Notes under the pieces: model-generated
Database searches by the model: none
What the model was told of the DNA's origin: nothing
The model's input: the letters and a program-made list of their open reading frames with translations, nothing else
DNA from: Gammaproteobacteria bacterium CG11_big_fil_rev_8_21_14_0_20_46_22
GTDB lineage: Bacteria > Pseudomonadota > Gammaproteobacteria > UBA12402
Length of the DNA: 64,000 bases
Assembly: GCA_002796245.1 (NCBI GenBank)
Contig: PCWT01000048.1
Location: forward strand, 71,858 to 135,857
Direction: 5' to 3'
In this document: positions 13,307-23,417 of the stretch, piece by piece
Numbering within the stretch: the stretch's first letter is position 1
How the letters are laid out: each line of letters begins with the position of its first letter
Position numbers and translations under genes: made by a program

Positions 13307-15115
13307 ATGTTAGACCTTAAACACATCGACGTTCAATTTTCAGATCACACGCTTTTTTCGGATGCTAATTTTACGCTTTATGCTGGCCAGAAATACGGCG
13401 TGGTTGGCCGAAATGGCGCGGGTAAGACCACATTTTTTTCATTGATACAGAAAACACTATCGCCTGATGGTGGTGAAGTGGTGTACAACGATCGCCTGCA
13501 TATCGCGAGCGTCACACAAGAAATCGATAGGCTCGACTTGCCCGCCATTGATTATGTGATCGAATCCTACCCTATTATTGGTAAGCTTTGGTTGGACATG
13601 AAAGCCTTTGAGCAATCGGAAGACTATGAAAAGCTCGCTGATGTGCACATGCAGTTGGCTGAACACAAAGCGTATGATATCGAAGCACTGGCCGCTAAGA
13701 TTTTGCACGGTCTGGGTTTTGCACAGGATGAGCTGCAGCAAACTGTTGGCGCTTTTTCCGGTGGTTGGCGTGTGCGTTTGAATTTGGCGCGCTGTTTGAT
13801 TCAGCCGGCTGAGTTAATGTTGCTGGATGAGCCAACCAACCATTTGGATATGGACGCGATCATTTGGTTACAAGACTGGTTGAAAAGCTATTCTGGCAGT
13901 TTAATGGTGATTTCACATGATCGTTATTTTTTGGATCAAGTCACGGAATACACGCTGGCCATCGAGCAGAAAAAACTGATTCCCTATAAAGGCGGCTACT
14001 CTCAGTATGAGCAAGAAAAAGTCTTGAAAGCTGAGCTTGCTGAAAAGCAAGCTAAAAAACAGGCTAAACAGCGCGAACATTTACAATCCTTTGTCGATCG
14101 TTTTCGTGCGAAAGCCTCTAAAGCCAAACAGGCTCAAAGTCGCATGAAGATGTTGGAAAAACTGCCAACCATTGCCTTAGCGCAAGCCGACTCCCCCTAC
14201 CGCATACAGTTTTTTGAAAGTGAGGCCTTAAGTAACCCGGTGCTTAAATTGGAAAACTTTAGCTTCGCTTATGATGAGGCCCCTGTGTTTAATAAAGCGA
14301 ACTTTGGTTTGAATCAAGGTGATCGCTTAGGTTTGCTGGGGTTAAACGGTGCTGGTAAATCAACACTTGTAAAACTCATGGCTGCTCAATTGCAAGCACA
14401 ACGCGGCGAAAGAATTCAAAGTGCTAAGCTTAACATTGGGTATTTCGCGCAGCACCAAGTGGAGCATTTAAAATTAGAAGAAAGCGCTTATCAACATTTA
14501 CAGCGCTTGGCGCCTGGCAAAACAGCCTCGGAGCTTAGAGGTTATTTAGGCGGCTTTCATTTCAGTGGCGATAAAGCACTGCAAAAGGTTGAGAGCTTTT
14601 CAGGCGGCGAAAAAGCGCGCTTAGCACTCGCCTTAATTATTTGGCAACGCCCTAACCTCTTGTTACTCGATGAGCCGACCAACCATTTAGACATGGATAT
14701 GCGCGAAGCGCTCACGATCGCTTTACAAGATTATGATGGCGTGCTGATTTTAGTCTCGCATGATCGTCATTTGCTAGAAGCCACGGTGGATCAATTTTAT
14801 TTAGTTGATGGTGGCCAGGTCGCACGCTTTGAAGGTGATTTGGATGACTATGCGAATTGGTCTAAACAACGCCGTGAGATTAAACCCAAATCATCGCCTA
14901 AACCCAACGCTAAAGCAGCGGTTGTCGACAGCAAAGCCATAGCGCGAATTGAAAAAGATATCGAAAAAGCCACAGATGCCCTGGCCAAGATTGATCAGGC
15001 CATGAGTGCTTTGGCGCAGGATGATTTTGACGCCATGGCCAAATTAGCCAAAGAGCGCAAAGCCCTTGAAAACCAACTGGCCAAGCTAGAAGAGGCCTGG
15101 CTTGAGGCGCAGTGA
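13307..15115 (+). CDS. ABC-F family ATPase (translation factor, Uup/YheS-like) with a C-terminal coiled-coil.
   Basis: Two ABC cassettes (GRNGAGKTT / GLNGAGKST, LSGG-like signatures, DEPTNHLD x2), no TM domain, and an Ala/Lys-rich tail. Confidence 0.9.
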   Translation: MLDLKHIDVQFSDHTLFSDANFTLYAGQKYGVVGRNGAGKTTFFSLIQKTLSPDGGEVVYNDRLHIASVTQEIDRLDLPAIDYVIESYPIIGKLWLDMKAFEQSEDYEKLADVHMQLAEHKAYDIEALAAKILHGLGFAQDELQQTVGAFSGGWRVRLNLARCLIQPAELMLLDEPTNHLDMDAIIWLQDWLKSYSGSLMVISHDRYFLDQVTEYTLAIEQKKLIPYKGGYSQYEQEKVLKAELAEKQAKKQAKQREHLQSFVDRFRAKASKAKQAQSRMKMLEKLPTIALAQADSPYRIQFFESEALSNPVLKLENFSFAYDEAPVFNKANFGLNQGDRLGLLGLNGAGKSTLVKLMAAQLQAQRGERIQSAKLNIGYFAQHQVEHLKLEESAYQHLQRLAPGKTASELRGYLGGFHFSGDKALQKVESFSGGEKARLALALIIWQRPNLLLLDEPTNHLDMDMREALTIALQDYDGVLILVSHDRHLLEATVDQFYLVDGGQVARFEGDLDDYANWSKQRREIKPKSSPKPNAKAAVVDSKAIARIEKDIEKATDALAKIDQAMSALAQDDFDAMAKLAKERKALENQLAKLEEAWLEAQ

Positions 15116-15121
15116 TTTTTT
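15098..15121. repeat. Left copy of a perfect 24-bp direct repeat, TGGCTTGAGGCGCAGTGATTTTTT. It covers the last codons and stop of the ABC-F gene. The right copy is at 17802-17825.
   Basis: Both copies were read base by base and are identical over 24 nt. The flanks diverge. Confidence 0.75.
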
Positions 15122-15323
15122 CTATCTTGCATCATGTTTGATCTAAAATTCTCTGCGCAAACAAAGCCGCAATCACTTGGACAAGCCAGCGCGGTTTTGC
15201 TTTAATAATACGCGCTTTTTAACTATCGGTTAGCACGCCAGCTATGTGTTATAGCCAACGCGATTTCAATCAAGGTTTATCATTATAGATAAAGCCTAAA
15301 TCACAGAATGGGGAATTTAGAAT

Positions 15324-16937
15324 ATGAGCCATAACCCAATTGAAATAAAGTTACCAAACAATCAATCCGTTATCACGGACAAGGGCTTGGTTATTGTTGG
15401 CGCCAATGGTAGTGGTAAAACTCGGCTGGGTACTTGGCTATATGCTCAGCACGCAAGCTCAGCACACCGTATTTCAGCTCAAAAAAGATTAGGGTTTTCA
15501 TCTGAGGTTTCCTCAACCCAAAAAGCAAGTGAAGACTTTAGCCGTAGCCATAAAGCGAATGCGTTTAACCCGACGAATATGCAGAGAGATTACGATCAGT
15601 TATTAGCTTGGTTATTTTCAGAAGAAAATGCTGCTTGTCGAGATTATCGTTTGCAATCCATAAGCGAAAAAAACAAAGTCAATCCTGTGCCGACAAAACT
15701 TGAGAGGATTAAGTCTATTTGGGAAGAAGTTTTACCTCACCGAAAATTAATTATTGGAAACCAATTTATTAAGGCAAAATCTAAGCATGCAGATGCCGAA
15801 GAATATTCAGCTTCAGAAATGAGTGATGGTGAACGGGTTATTTTTTATTTGATTGGTCACTGTCTTATCGCTAAACCGCAAGGCATTATTATTATCGATG
15901 AGCCTGAGATGCACTTGCACAAAGCGATTCAATCTACCCTATGGAATAAGATTGAGCGAGAACGTGCTGATTGTATTTTTGTTTATCTGACCCACGATGT
16001 CGCTTTTGCAGCTTCAAGGGCAGGTTTTACTAAGTTATGGCTTGAAAGCTACGATAGTAAAAATAATTGGCAGTTAACGCAGTTAGAGGAGTCACAAGAA
16101 CTTCCAGAAGAGCTTTTGCTGGAGTTATACGGTAGTCGAAGAAAAATTTTATTAATCGAAGGAATTTCTGGCTCCAATGAATCACAGTTTTACCAAAACC
16201 TCTTTGAGGATTTTTTGATAAAACCCTGTGGCAGTTGTGAAAATGTTATTTCATATGTTAAAGCGCTGAAAAATAATACTGAATTTCATCATGAAAAAGT
16301 GTATGGTCTGATTGACAGGGATAGGCGAACGGATGAAGAAGTAGAAGCTTTAAAAGAAAATAATATTTTTACACTCGAGGTTGCTGAGTTTGAAAACTTA
16401 TTTGCAACTCCAGAGATATTGAAAATTGTTGCCGATAGGCAAGCGCATGATGCTGAAAAAAAAGCAGAAGAGGTTAAGGCATTTGTTTTTGATGAATTTA
16501 ATAAAGAGCTTGATGCTCAGATTCAATTGCATGTGCAGCAAGAAATCAAATGGCGGTTAAATGGATTGGATTTATCAAAGCTAAAAGACAGTAACTCGCT
16601 CGCTGATTTAATTAATACTAACCTCGACACTGACGATATAAAGAAAGAATTAACAGCAGCATTTGAAAAAATACGCGATAATAGCGACTACACATTTCTC
16701 CTAAAAAAATACAACAGGAAAACCATTGCCTCACGAATAGGTGCTATTTTTGGCCTGAAGACTGACGAGCTTCCTAACTTTGTTGTTCGATTATCTAATC
16801 AGAACGATTTCCAAAAAAACCTTAGAAACGCTGTGTTATTCTATTTGCCACCAAAGTTTAATGATTTGCTCACGGACAAGTCAAGCGAGCAAGCTACGAA
16901 TCCAGTCGAAGATGTTAATGAAGTGGAGCCAGCATGA
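15324..16937 (+). CDS. OLD-family / fused PARIS (AriA-AriB)-like protein: N-terminal ABC ATPase plus a C-terminal Toprim/DUF4435-like domain.
   Basis: Walker A GANGSGKT; ABC signature MSDGER; Walker B IIIIDEPEMHLH; H-loop LTHD. The C-terminal half has ILLIEG...FY and GLIDRD (Toprim E / DxD). The gene is AT-rich. Confidence 0.7.
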   Translation: MSHNPIEIKLPNNQSVITDKGLVIVGANGSGKTRLGTWLYAQHASSAHRISAQKRLGFSSEVSSTQKASEDFSRSHKANAFNPTNMQRDYDQLLAWLFSEENAACRDYRLQSISEKNKVNPVPTKLERIKSIWEEVLPHRKLIIGNQFIKAKSKHADAEEYSASEMSDGERVIFYLIGHCLIAKPQGIIIIDEPEMHLHKAIQSTLWNKIERERADCIFVYLTHDVAFAASRAGFTKLWLESYDSKNNWQLTQLEESQELPEELLLELYGSRRKILLIEGISGSNESQFYQNLFEDFLIKPCGSCENVISYVKALKNNTEFHHEKVYGLIDRDRRTDEEVEALKENNIFTLEVAEFENLFATPEILKIVADRQAHDAEKKAEEVKAFVFDEFNKELDAQIQLHVQQEIKWRLNGLDLSKLKDSNSLADLINTNLDTDDIKKELTAAFEKIRDNSDYTFLLKKYNRKTIASRIGAIFGLKTDELPNFVVRLSNQNDFQKNLRNAVLFYLPPKFNDLLTDKSSEQATNPVEDVNEVEPA

Positions 16938-17758
16938 AAACTAATCTAGCTATTTTTGAAGATTACCAAATCCGTCGCATCTATGACGAGGAAGCTGAAA
17001 CTTGGTTCTTCTCGGTCGTGGATATTATTCAAGCACTGACCCAACAGCCGGATTATCAAGCCGCCAGAAATTATTGGAAGGTATTGAAAAATAGGCTAAA
17101 AAAAGAGGAAAGTGAAGCGGTTACAAATTGTAACCAGTTGAAAATGACGGCTGAAGATGGCAAAGCTAGATTAACAGATGTCGCTAATGCTGAAACACTT
17201 TTACGTCTAGTCCAATCTGTCCCCAGCCCTAAAGCCGAGCCAATCAAGCTATGGCTGGCAAAAGTGGGTTATGAGCGGATGCAAGAAATGGCTGATCCCG
17301 CAAGGTCTCTTGATCGGGCGCGCGAAACCTGGCAAAAACATGGCCGCAGTGAGAAATGGATTCAGCAGCGCATGATGGGTCAAGAAACGCGCAGTAAATT
17401 GACGGATTATTGGAAGGAGCATGAGGTTAGCGAAGCTAAAGAGTTCGCCATTCTGACTAACATTATTCACCAAGAATGGTCGGGTATTAGTGTTAAGGCG
17501 CATAAGAATTTAAAAGGCTTGAAAGCGGAAAACTTACGCGATCATATGAGCGAAGCAGAGCTGATCTTTACGGCCCTGGCGGAGTTTTCAACACGGCAAA
17601 TTGCAGAAAGTACGGAGGCCACAGGAATGGAAGAAAACAAGGTGGCCAGTAAAAAGGGGGGTGGTATTGCCAAAAAAGCTAAGTTAGAGCTGGAACATAA
17701 AACCAAAAAGAAGGTGGTCTCAAAAGAAAACTATCTGCCCTCAAAAGGTAAGAGGTAA
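16934..17758 (+). CDS. DinD-like / Bro-N domain protein (274 aa). Its start overlaps the upstream ATPase stop as ATGA.
   Basis: Bro-N N-terminus (FEDYQIRRIYDEEAETWFFSVVDIIQAL) and DinD-like central and C-terminal regions. Translationally coupled to the ATPase gene. Confidence 0.75.
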   Translation: MKTNLAIFEDYQIRRIYDEEAETWFFSVVDIIQALTQQPDYQAARNYWKVLKNRLKKEESEAVTNCNQLKMTAEDGKARLTDVANAETLLRLVQSVPSPKAEPIKLWLAKVGYERMQEMADPARSLDRARETWQKHGRSEKWIQQRMMGQETRSKLTDYWKEHEVSEAKEFAILTNIIHQEWSGISVKAHKNLKGLKAENLRDHMSEAELIFTALAEFSTRQIAESTEATGMEENKVASKKGGGIAKKAKLELEHKTKKKVVSKENYLPSKGKR

Positions 17759-17801
17759 GTTTGGGGGCGTTGCCCGCGAAGTTAATTCTCTTTGCGACAA
17801 T

Positions 17802-17825
17802 TGGCTTGAGGCGCAGTGATTTTTT
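17802..17825. repeat. Right copy of the 24-bp direct repeat (see 15098-15121). It marks the 3' boundary of the ATPase–DinD cassette.
   Basis: Identical 24-mer. Confidence 0.75.
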
Positions 17826-17856
17826 ATAGGCTATACTCGAACTTTTCTAACTTTGA

Positions 17857-18616
17857 TTGTCTTCGGGGCTTCTGGTGAATGCTGAATTTAGTGACTATAT
17901 TGTTTATGTTGATGAAAGTGGCGACCACAATTTGGAGCGCATTAATCCAGAGTATCCTCTGTTTGTATTAGCGTTTTGTATTTTTGAGAAAAAAAACGTA
18001 CGTAAATCAAATTACTTCGAGTATTCAATCATTCAAGTTTAAGCAATTTAGCCATGATATGGTTGTTTTGCATGAACATGAAATTCGAAAAGCTGAAAAT
18101 GCATTTTCAATGCTTGTTAATTCAGAGAAACGGCATGATTTTATGACTCACCTGAATGGACTAATTGAAGAAGCACCCTTTACTATCGTAAGCACAGTGA
18201 TTGAGAAAAATCGCTTGCGTGAGCGATATTCAGAACCAGCAAACCCATACCATTTGGCTTTAGGTTTTGGTCTAGAAAGAGTCTTTAGTTTTTTGAAAGA
18301 GAGGGGGCAAGACAAGCTTAAAACGCATATTATCTTTGAGTGCCGCGGTAAAAAAGAAGACAAAGATTTAGAGCTAGAGTTTCGGCGTGTTTGTGATGGA
18401 AATAATCAATGGGGCAAGCTGCCTTTTGAGATAATTTTAGCAGATAAAAAGACGAACTCATGTGGATTACAGCTAGCTGATCTTATTGCTCGCCCTGTTG
18501 GTCGTTCTGTGCTTGATTCGCAAAAAAATAATAGAGCATATTCTTTGATAGAGAAGAAGATGTATCGTAGCCAGCAGGGAAAACTAAAGGGTTATGGATT
18601 AAAAACCTTCCCTTAA
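17857..18616 (+). pseudogene. DUF3800-family gene split by a +1 frameshift at an A8 homopolymer (~17988-17996). The two ORFs are 17857..18042 and 17984..18616.
   Basis: The N-terminal ORF has the DUF3800 hallmark YVDESGD. The C-terminal ORF has GLQLADLIARPV. The join falls at gagaaaaaaaacg. Confidence 0.65.
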
Positions 18617-18842
18617 AAAGCGAAAAGCCTCGGTCTTCACCGAGGCATAGACGCCGATCGGGATTCCCCAATCCACTTGTCAACATTATGGCTAACTTGG
18701 AGAAATAATCAATAAAAAGCCGCATTTTTATACAAACCAATGCGGGCTGAAGGGTGGATAACGAGCCGTTTGGTTCTTGCCCGAAAGGCCAATTTCGGCT
18801 ACTCTCTGCGGCTGATATAGGTAAGGTATTCAAGGGGATTTC

Positions 18843-20213
18843 ATGGGGCTTTCAGTGGTCATTTTAGCAGCAGGACGCGGCACGCGAATGAAATCTGAAG
18901 TGCCCAAGGTTTTGCACACCATCGCAGGCCTACCCATGCTTACCCATGTGATCAATACGGCCAAAGCCTGTGAGGCGTCTGAGATTTTTGTCATCTATGG
19001 TCATGGTGGTCAGCAAGTCCAAGAGACTCTGGCTGCTCAAAAAGTCACTTGGGTGCACCAGAAACAAACGCTGGGTACCGGCCATGCTGTCGCTCAAGCC
19101 TTACCCCACCTAAAAGCAACGGACCAAGTCTTGGTGCTCTTGGGCGATGTGCCCATGATTTCCAAAGAAACGATTACCCGTTTGCGAGAGCGCACGCCCA
19201 AAGATGCGATTGGTTGGTTAACCGCACACGTGAAAAACCCCGCAGGTTTTGGCCGCATTGTGCGTGATAGTGATAACAACCCCGTGCAAATCGTTGAAGA
19301 AAAAGACGCAAGCGATTTACAAAAAACGATTGATGAAATCAACACCGGTATTTGCCTGGTTCCGGCAAAATATTTAAAAGACTGGCTGCCTAAACTTAAG
19401 CGAAACAATTCTCAAAAAGAATATTACCTCACTGATATTTTTTCGGTGGCGGTTCAACATGGTGTGAGCTTGGTTACGGTCTCGCCAGAGTCTTTGATTG
19501 ATGTTCAAGGCGTGAACGATCGCATACAGCAAGCGCAATTAGAGCGCGCCTACCAAGCCCGTATCGCTGAAGACTTGATGCGACAAGGTGCCACTTTATT
19601 AAGTCCGGATCGTATCGATGTTAGGGGTCGTTTAACGATTGCCAATGATGTCAAAATTGATGTCAATGCTATTTTTGAAGGCGAGGTAACATTGGGCGCC
19701 CATTGTTATATTGGTCCGAATGTGTACTTAAAGAACACTGTGGTCGGCAAAAACGTCGTGATCAAAGCCAATAGTGTGATTGAAGATGCCAACATTGCTG
19801 ATGATTGCGAAGTGGGACCCTTCGCACGGATTCGCCCGGGCACAAAATTGGCTAGGGGTGCAAAGATCGGTAACTTTGTTGAAACCAAAAACGCAGACAT
19901 TGGCGCGGGCTCAAAAGTCAGCCATTTAAGTTATATCGGTGATGCTAAGCTTGGAAAAGCGGTGAATGTGGGTGCAGGTACAATCACTTGCAATTACGAT
20001 GGCGCGAATAAACATCAGACCACGTTAGGTGATGATGTGTTTATTGGCAGTAATACCGCATTGGTAGCGCCTGTTAAAGTGGGTAAAGGTGCAACGGTCG
20101 GTGCGGGTTCTGTGATTACAAAAGATGTGTCAGCCAATGAGCTTGCGTTAACACGCGCCAAACAAACAAATATTAAAGGCTGGAAAAGGCCTAAGAAAAA
20201 ACTAAAGGGTTAA
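18843..20213 (+). CDS. glmU: Bifunctional N-acetylglucosamine-1-phosphate uridyltransferase / glucosamine-1-phosphate acetyltransferase.
   Basis: LAAGRGTRM nucleotidyltransferase motif and C-terminal hexapeptide repeats. Confidence 0.95.
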   Translation: MGLSVVILAAGRGTRMKSEVPKVLHTIAGLPMLTHVINTAKACEASEIFVIYGHGGQQVQETLAAQKVTWVHQKQTLGTGHAVAQALPHLKATDQVLVLLGDVPMISKETITRLRERTPKDAIGWLTAHVKNPAGFGRIVRDSDNNPVQIVEEKDASDLQKTIDEINTGICLVPAKYLKDWLPKLKRNNSQKEYYLTDIFSVAVQHGVSLVTVSPESLIDVQGVNDRIQQAQLERAYQARIAEDLMRQGATLLSPDRIDVRGRLTIANDVKIDVNAIFEGEVTLGAHCYIGPNVYLKNTVVGKNVVIKANSVIEDANIADDCEVGPFARIRPGTKLARGAKIGNFVETKNADIGAGSKVSHLSYIGDAKLGKAVNVGAGTITCNYDGANKHQTTLGDDVFIGSNTALVAPVKVGKGATVGAGSVITKDVSANELALTRAKQTNIKGWKRPKKKLKG

Positions 20214-20216
20214 TAT

Positions 20217-22046
20217 ATGTGTGGAATTGTTGCTGCGGTTGCAGAACGTGATGTCACTCAAATTTTGTTAGAAGGCTTGAAACGCTTAGAGTATCGTGGC
20301 TATGACTCTGCGGGTGTGGCCGTGCTTTCGGATAACACGATTAAGCGTGTTCGCACAGAAGGTAAGGTTGCGTCTTTAGAAGAAGCGCTCAGCCAATCAC
20401 CGATCAATGGTCGCTTAGGTATTGCCCACACACGCTGGGCAACACACGGTAAACCCAGTGAACGAAATGCACATCCCCATATGTCGGGCGATATTGTGTT
20501 GGTTCACAATGGCATCATTGAAAATTTCGAAAGCTTGCGCGAGCGTTTAAAGCAAGAAGGCTATGAGTTTCATTCTGAAACCGATAGCGAAACCATCGCC
20601 CACCTCATTCACTTGCACCATAAAAAAAAGGCGGATTGGGTTGCTGCTGTGCGCGCAGCGATTGCAGAGCTTGAGGGCGCGTATGCCTTGGCGATTATGC
20701 ACAAAGACCATCCAGATCAACTTATCGGTGTGAGAAAGGGTTCGCCGTTAGTCGTTGGCCTGGGTATCGGTGAAAATTTTTTAAGCTCGGATAACTTGGC
20801 TTTGTTGCCAGTGACGCAGAAATTTATTTTTTTAGAAGAAGGTGATTTTGTGTTGCTGACGCGCGAGTCGGTTGAAGTGTTTGATGCACAGCATCAATCA
20901 GTTGAGCGAGAAACCTATACGTCGAGCTTACAACACGATGCCGCCGATCGCGGTGAATTTCGCCACTACATGCTTAAAGAGATTTATGAGCAACCCACGG
21001 TAATGGCGGATACATTGCAAGGCCGTGTGAACGATGATCATGTATTGATTGAAAGCTTTGGCCCGACAGCGCAAACCATTTTTGAAAAAGTGCAGGCCGT
21101 GCAAATTATTGCGTGTGGTACGAGTTATCATGCGGGCTTGGTGGCAAAGTACTGGATAGAGTCTGTCGTGGGCGTGCCTTGCCAGGTTGAAGTCGCTAGC
21201 GAGTTTCGCTACCGTAAAGCAGCGATTGCTGATAGCACCCTAATTGTCACGATTTCTCAATCAGGCGAAACGGCCGATACCCTGGCGGCACTTCGCGACA
21301 TTCAAAAAAAACCGCAAGTCTTATCGACGCTCACGATTTGTAATGTGCCTGAAAGCTCATTAGTGCGTGAATCAGACTTGGTCTTTATGACGCGAGCAGG
21401 CACTGAAGTCGGCGTAGCCTCAACCAAAGCCTTCACCACACAGTTAGTTTCTTTGTTGTTATTCACGCTCGCCTTAGGCCGCGCCAAAAAAATCATTGGT
21501 ATTGATGAAGCTGCCTGTGTTTCTTCGCTAAAACATTTGCCCGGCTTATGCCAAGAAGTGCTTGGCTTAGATGGCGATATTGAGAGCATGGCTGAAGCGT
21601 TTGCGAATAAACACCATACCTTGTTTTTAGGCCGTGGTGTGCAATATCCCATTGCCATGGAAGGTGCGCTAAAGCTTAAAGAAATTTCCTATATTCATGC
21701 TGAGGCCTACCCCGCCGGGGAATTAAAACACGGCCCGTTGGCCTTGGTTGATGAAGACATGCCAATTGTAGCATTAGGTCCCAATGATGAATTGCTGGAA
21801 AAATTAAAATCCAACTTACAAGAAGTGCGCGCGCGCGGTGGGCAATTGTTTGTCTTTGCCGATCGTGATGCAGGCATGAAAAATGAAACCGCGGTCACTG
21901 TCATGAACTTACCGCCGGTTCACCCGCTCTTGGCCCCGATTCTTTACACCTTGCCATTACAGTTGTTGTCGTATCACGTTGCAGTGATCAAGGGCACCGA
22001 TGTGGATAAGCCCCGTAATCTGGCCAAATCTGTTACTGTGGAATAG
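20217..22046 (+). CDS. glmS: Glutamine–fructose-6-phosphate aminotransferase.
   Basis: N-terminal MCGIV nucleophile Cys2, two SIS domains, C-terminal ...TVE. Confidence 0.97.
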   Translation: MCGIVAAVAERDVTQILLEGLKRLEYRGYDSAGVAVLSDNTIKRVRTEGKVASLEEALSQSPINGRLGIAHTRWATHGKPSERNAHPHMSGDIVLVHNGIIENFESLRERLKQEGYEFHSETDSETIAHLIHLHHKKKADWVAAVRAAIAELEGAYALAIMHKDHPDQLIGVRKGSPLVVGLGIGENFLSSDNLALLPVTQKFIFLEEGDFVLLTRESVEVFDAQHQSVERETYTSSLQHDAADRGEFRHYMLKEIYEQPTVMADTLQGRVNDDHVLIESFGPTAQTIFEKVQAVQIIACGTSYHAGLVAKYWIESVVGVPCQVEVASEFRYRKAAIADSTLIVTISQSGETADTLAALRDIQKKPQVLSTLTICNVPESSLVRESDLVFMTRAGTEVGVASTKAFTTQLVSLLLFTLALGRAKKIIGIDEAACVSSLKHLPGLCQEVLGLDGDIESMAEAFANKHHTLFLGRGVQYPIAMEGALKLKEISYIHAEAYPAGELKHGPLALVDEDMPIVALGPNDELLEKLKSNLQEVRARGGQLFVFADRDAGMKNETAVTVMNLPPVHPLLAPILYTLPLQLLSYHVAVIKGTDVDKPRNLAKSVTVE

Positions 22047-22076
22047 GCGTCATATTTTTTACAGTAGCAAAGCTTT

Positions 22077-22099
22077 AGGCCCCAAAAAAGGGCCTTTTT
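22077..22099 (+). terminator. Rho-independent terminator after glmS (AGGCCC-caaaaaa-GGGCCT-TTTTT).
   Basis: GC stem plus U-run, 30 nt after the glmS stop. Confidence 0.7.
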
Positions 22100-22181
22100 G
22101 CGCCACTTGCCAATACTTGGGTTGTGCCCCAGGTATTTTAACCAAATTATTGTATTGTAACCCAATAGTTTTCGCTATATG

Positions 22182-22199
22182 ATTGGATTATAATCCAAT
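22182..22199. promoter_or_regulatory. Perfect 18-bp palindrome, ATTGGATTATAATCCAAT, 16 nt upstream of the AAA ATPase gene. Possible operator.
   Basis: Read directly; it is self-complementary. Confidence 0.3.
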
Positions 22200-22214
22200 T
22201 ATGGCTTATTTCTT

Positions 22215-23417
22215 ATGATCACAACGCTTTTAGAGATACAAAACACCCTCCTTTTAGGCTTTAAAGGCAGAAAGCATTATTCACGGGCGCTTTACAACAA
22301 AATTAACCTTAATAACCGTTTTGTGGGTTTGGTGGGTGCACGGGGTGTGGGTAAAACCACCTACCTGCTTCAGTTAGTGCAGAATAATGAAGCAAGCCTC
22401 TACGTCTCGGCGGATAATGTTTTTTTTCTTGAGCACAGTTTGCTTGAGTTGGTTGACACACTTTATAAAGAAACTGATATTCGAACGTTGTGTATCGATG
22501 AAATTCATAAATACCCGAATTGGAATCAAGAGCTCAAAAATATCTACGATACTTATTTGGAATTTAAACTTATTTTTACAGGCAGCTCAGCCATTGACCT
22601 TGCCCGCAGCAAGTATGATTTATCACGACGAGTGGTTTTATATTCCTTTTATGGCTTTTCATTTCGAGAGTATTTGGCGTTTAATGATATTGCTAAAATT
22701 GATACCGTGACGCTGAATAATATTTTAGAAAAACCACAAGAGCTTCTCGGTGAAATATCCCTGATCAATCCCATAAGACTGTTTAAGGATTATTTGCGTT
22801 TTGGCTATTATCCTTTTTCAAATGATTTTTCACAGCGAGTCGATTTTTACCAAGCCATTCGCAATATTCATCAGAAAAGCATTTATGAAGATATTGGCAC
22901 AGCGCATCAGTTAAAAACGGGTACATTGCTGGTGCTTGAAAAATTATTTAAATATGTGGTTAACTCAGTGCCCGGTGAGCTGAGCGTGTATAAGGTTGCC
23001 AGTACGCTGGGCAAGGATTTTAAAAGCATATCGGAATATGTTCGTTACTTAGAGGAAGCAGGGCTTTTACGTTGTTTACGATCGAGTCAAGCAGGTAAAG
23101 GGCAATTAAAAAACCCAGAAAAATTATTGCCGGGCAACCCCAATATGGTTTATGCGGAGCTTATTAAAGAAAGCGCAGATATTTTAGGCAATATACGAGA
23201 AAGCTTTGTGCTATCACACTTACAGAATGCTGGCCTAGCAGTATTTTATCAAAAAACCGGCGATTTTTATGTTGAGGGCAAAACGCTAGAGATCGGTGGT
23301 AAAAATAAAACACGCCGTCAGATCAAAGGCGTCGAAGATGCCTATGTGTTATCTGACGATACGGTCACGGCATTTAAAAACACACTGCCTTTGTGGTTGC
23401 TAGGGTTCTTGTATTAA
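22215..23417 (+). CDS. AAA+ ATPase (AAA_14/DUF4143 family), a second copy of this family in the window.
   Basis: Walker A GARGVGKTT and Walker B CIDEIH. It sits at the glmS-downstream position where attTn7 lies in E. coli. Confidence 0.8.
   Translation: MITTLLEIQNTLLLGFKGRKHYSRALYNKINLNNRFVGLVGARGVGKTTYLLQLVQNNEASLYVSADNVFFLEHSLLELVDTLYKETDIRTLCIDEIHKYPNWNQELKNIYDTYLEFKLIFTGSSAIDLARSKYDLSRRVVLYSFYGFSFREYLAFNDIAKIDTVTLNNILEKPQELLGEISLINPIRLFKDYLRFGYYPFSNDFSQRVDFYQAIRNIHQKSIYEDIGTAHQLKTGTLLVLEKLFKYVVNSVPGELSVYKVASTLGKDFKSISEYVRYLEEAGLLRCLRSSQAGKGQLKNPEKLLPGNPNMVYAELIKESADILGNIRESFVLSHLQNAGLAVFYQKTGDFYVEGKTLEIGGKNKTRRQIKGVEDAYVLSDDTVTAFKNTLPLWLLGFLY

Noticed and set aside
22047-22214. Searched the glmS 3' region for Tn7-like ends or tnsABCD.
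   Set aside because: No transposase genes or Tn7 end repeats were seen. Only a terminator and a palindrome are present.
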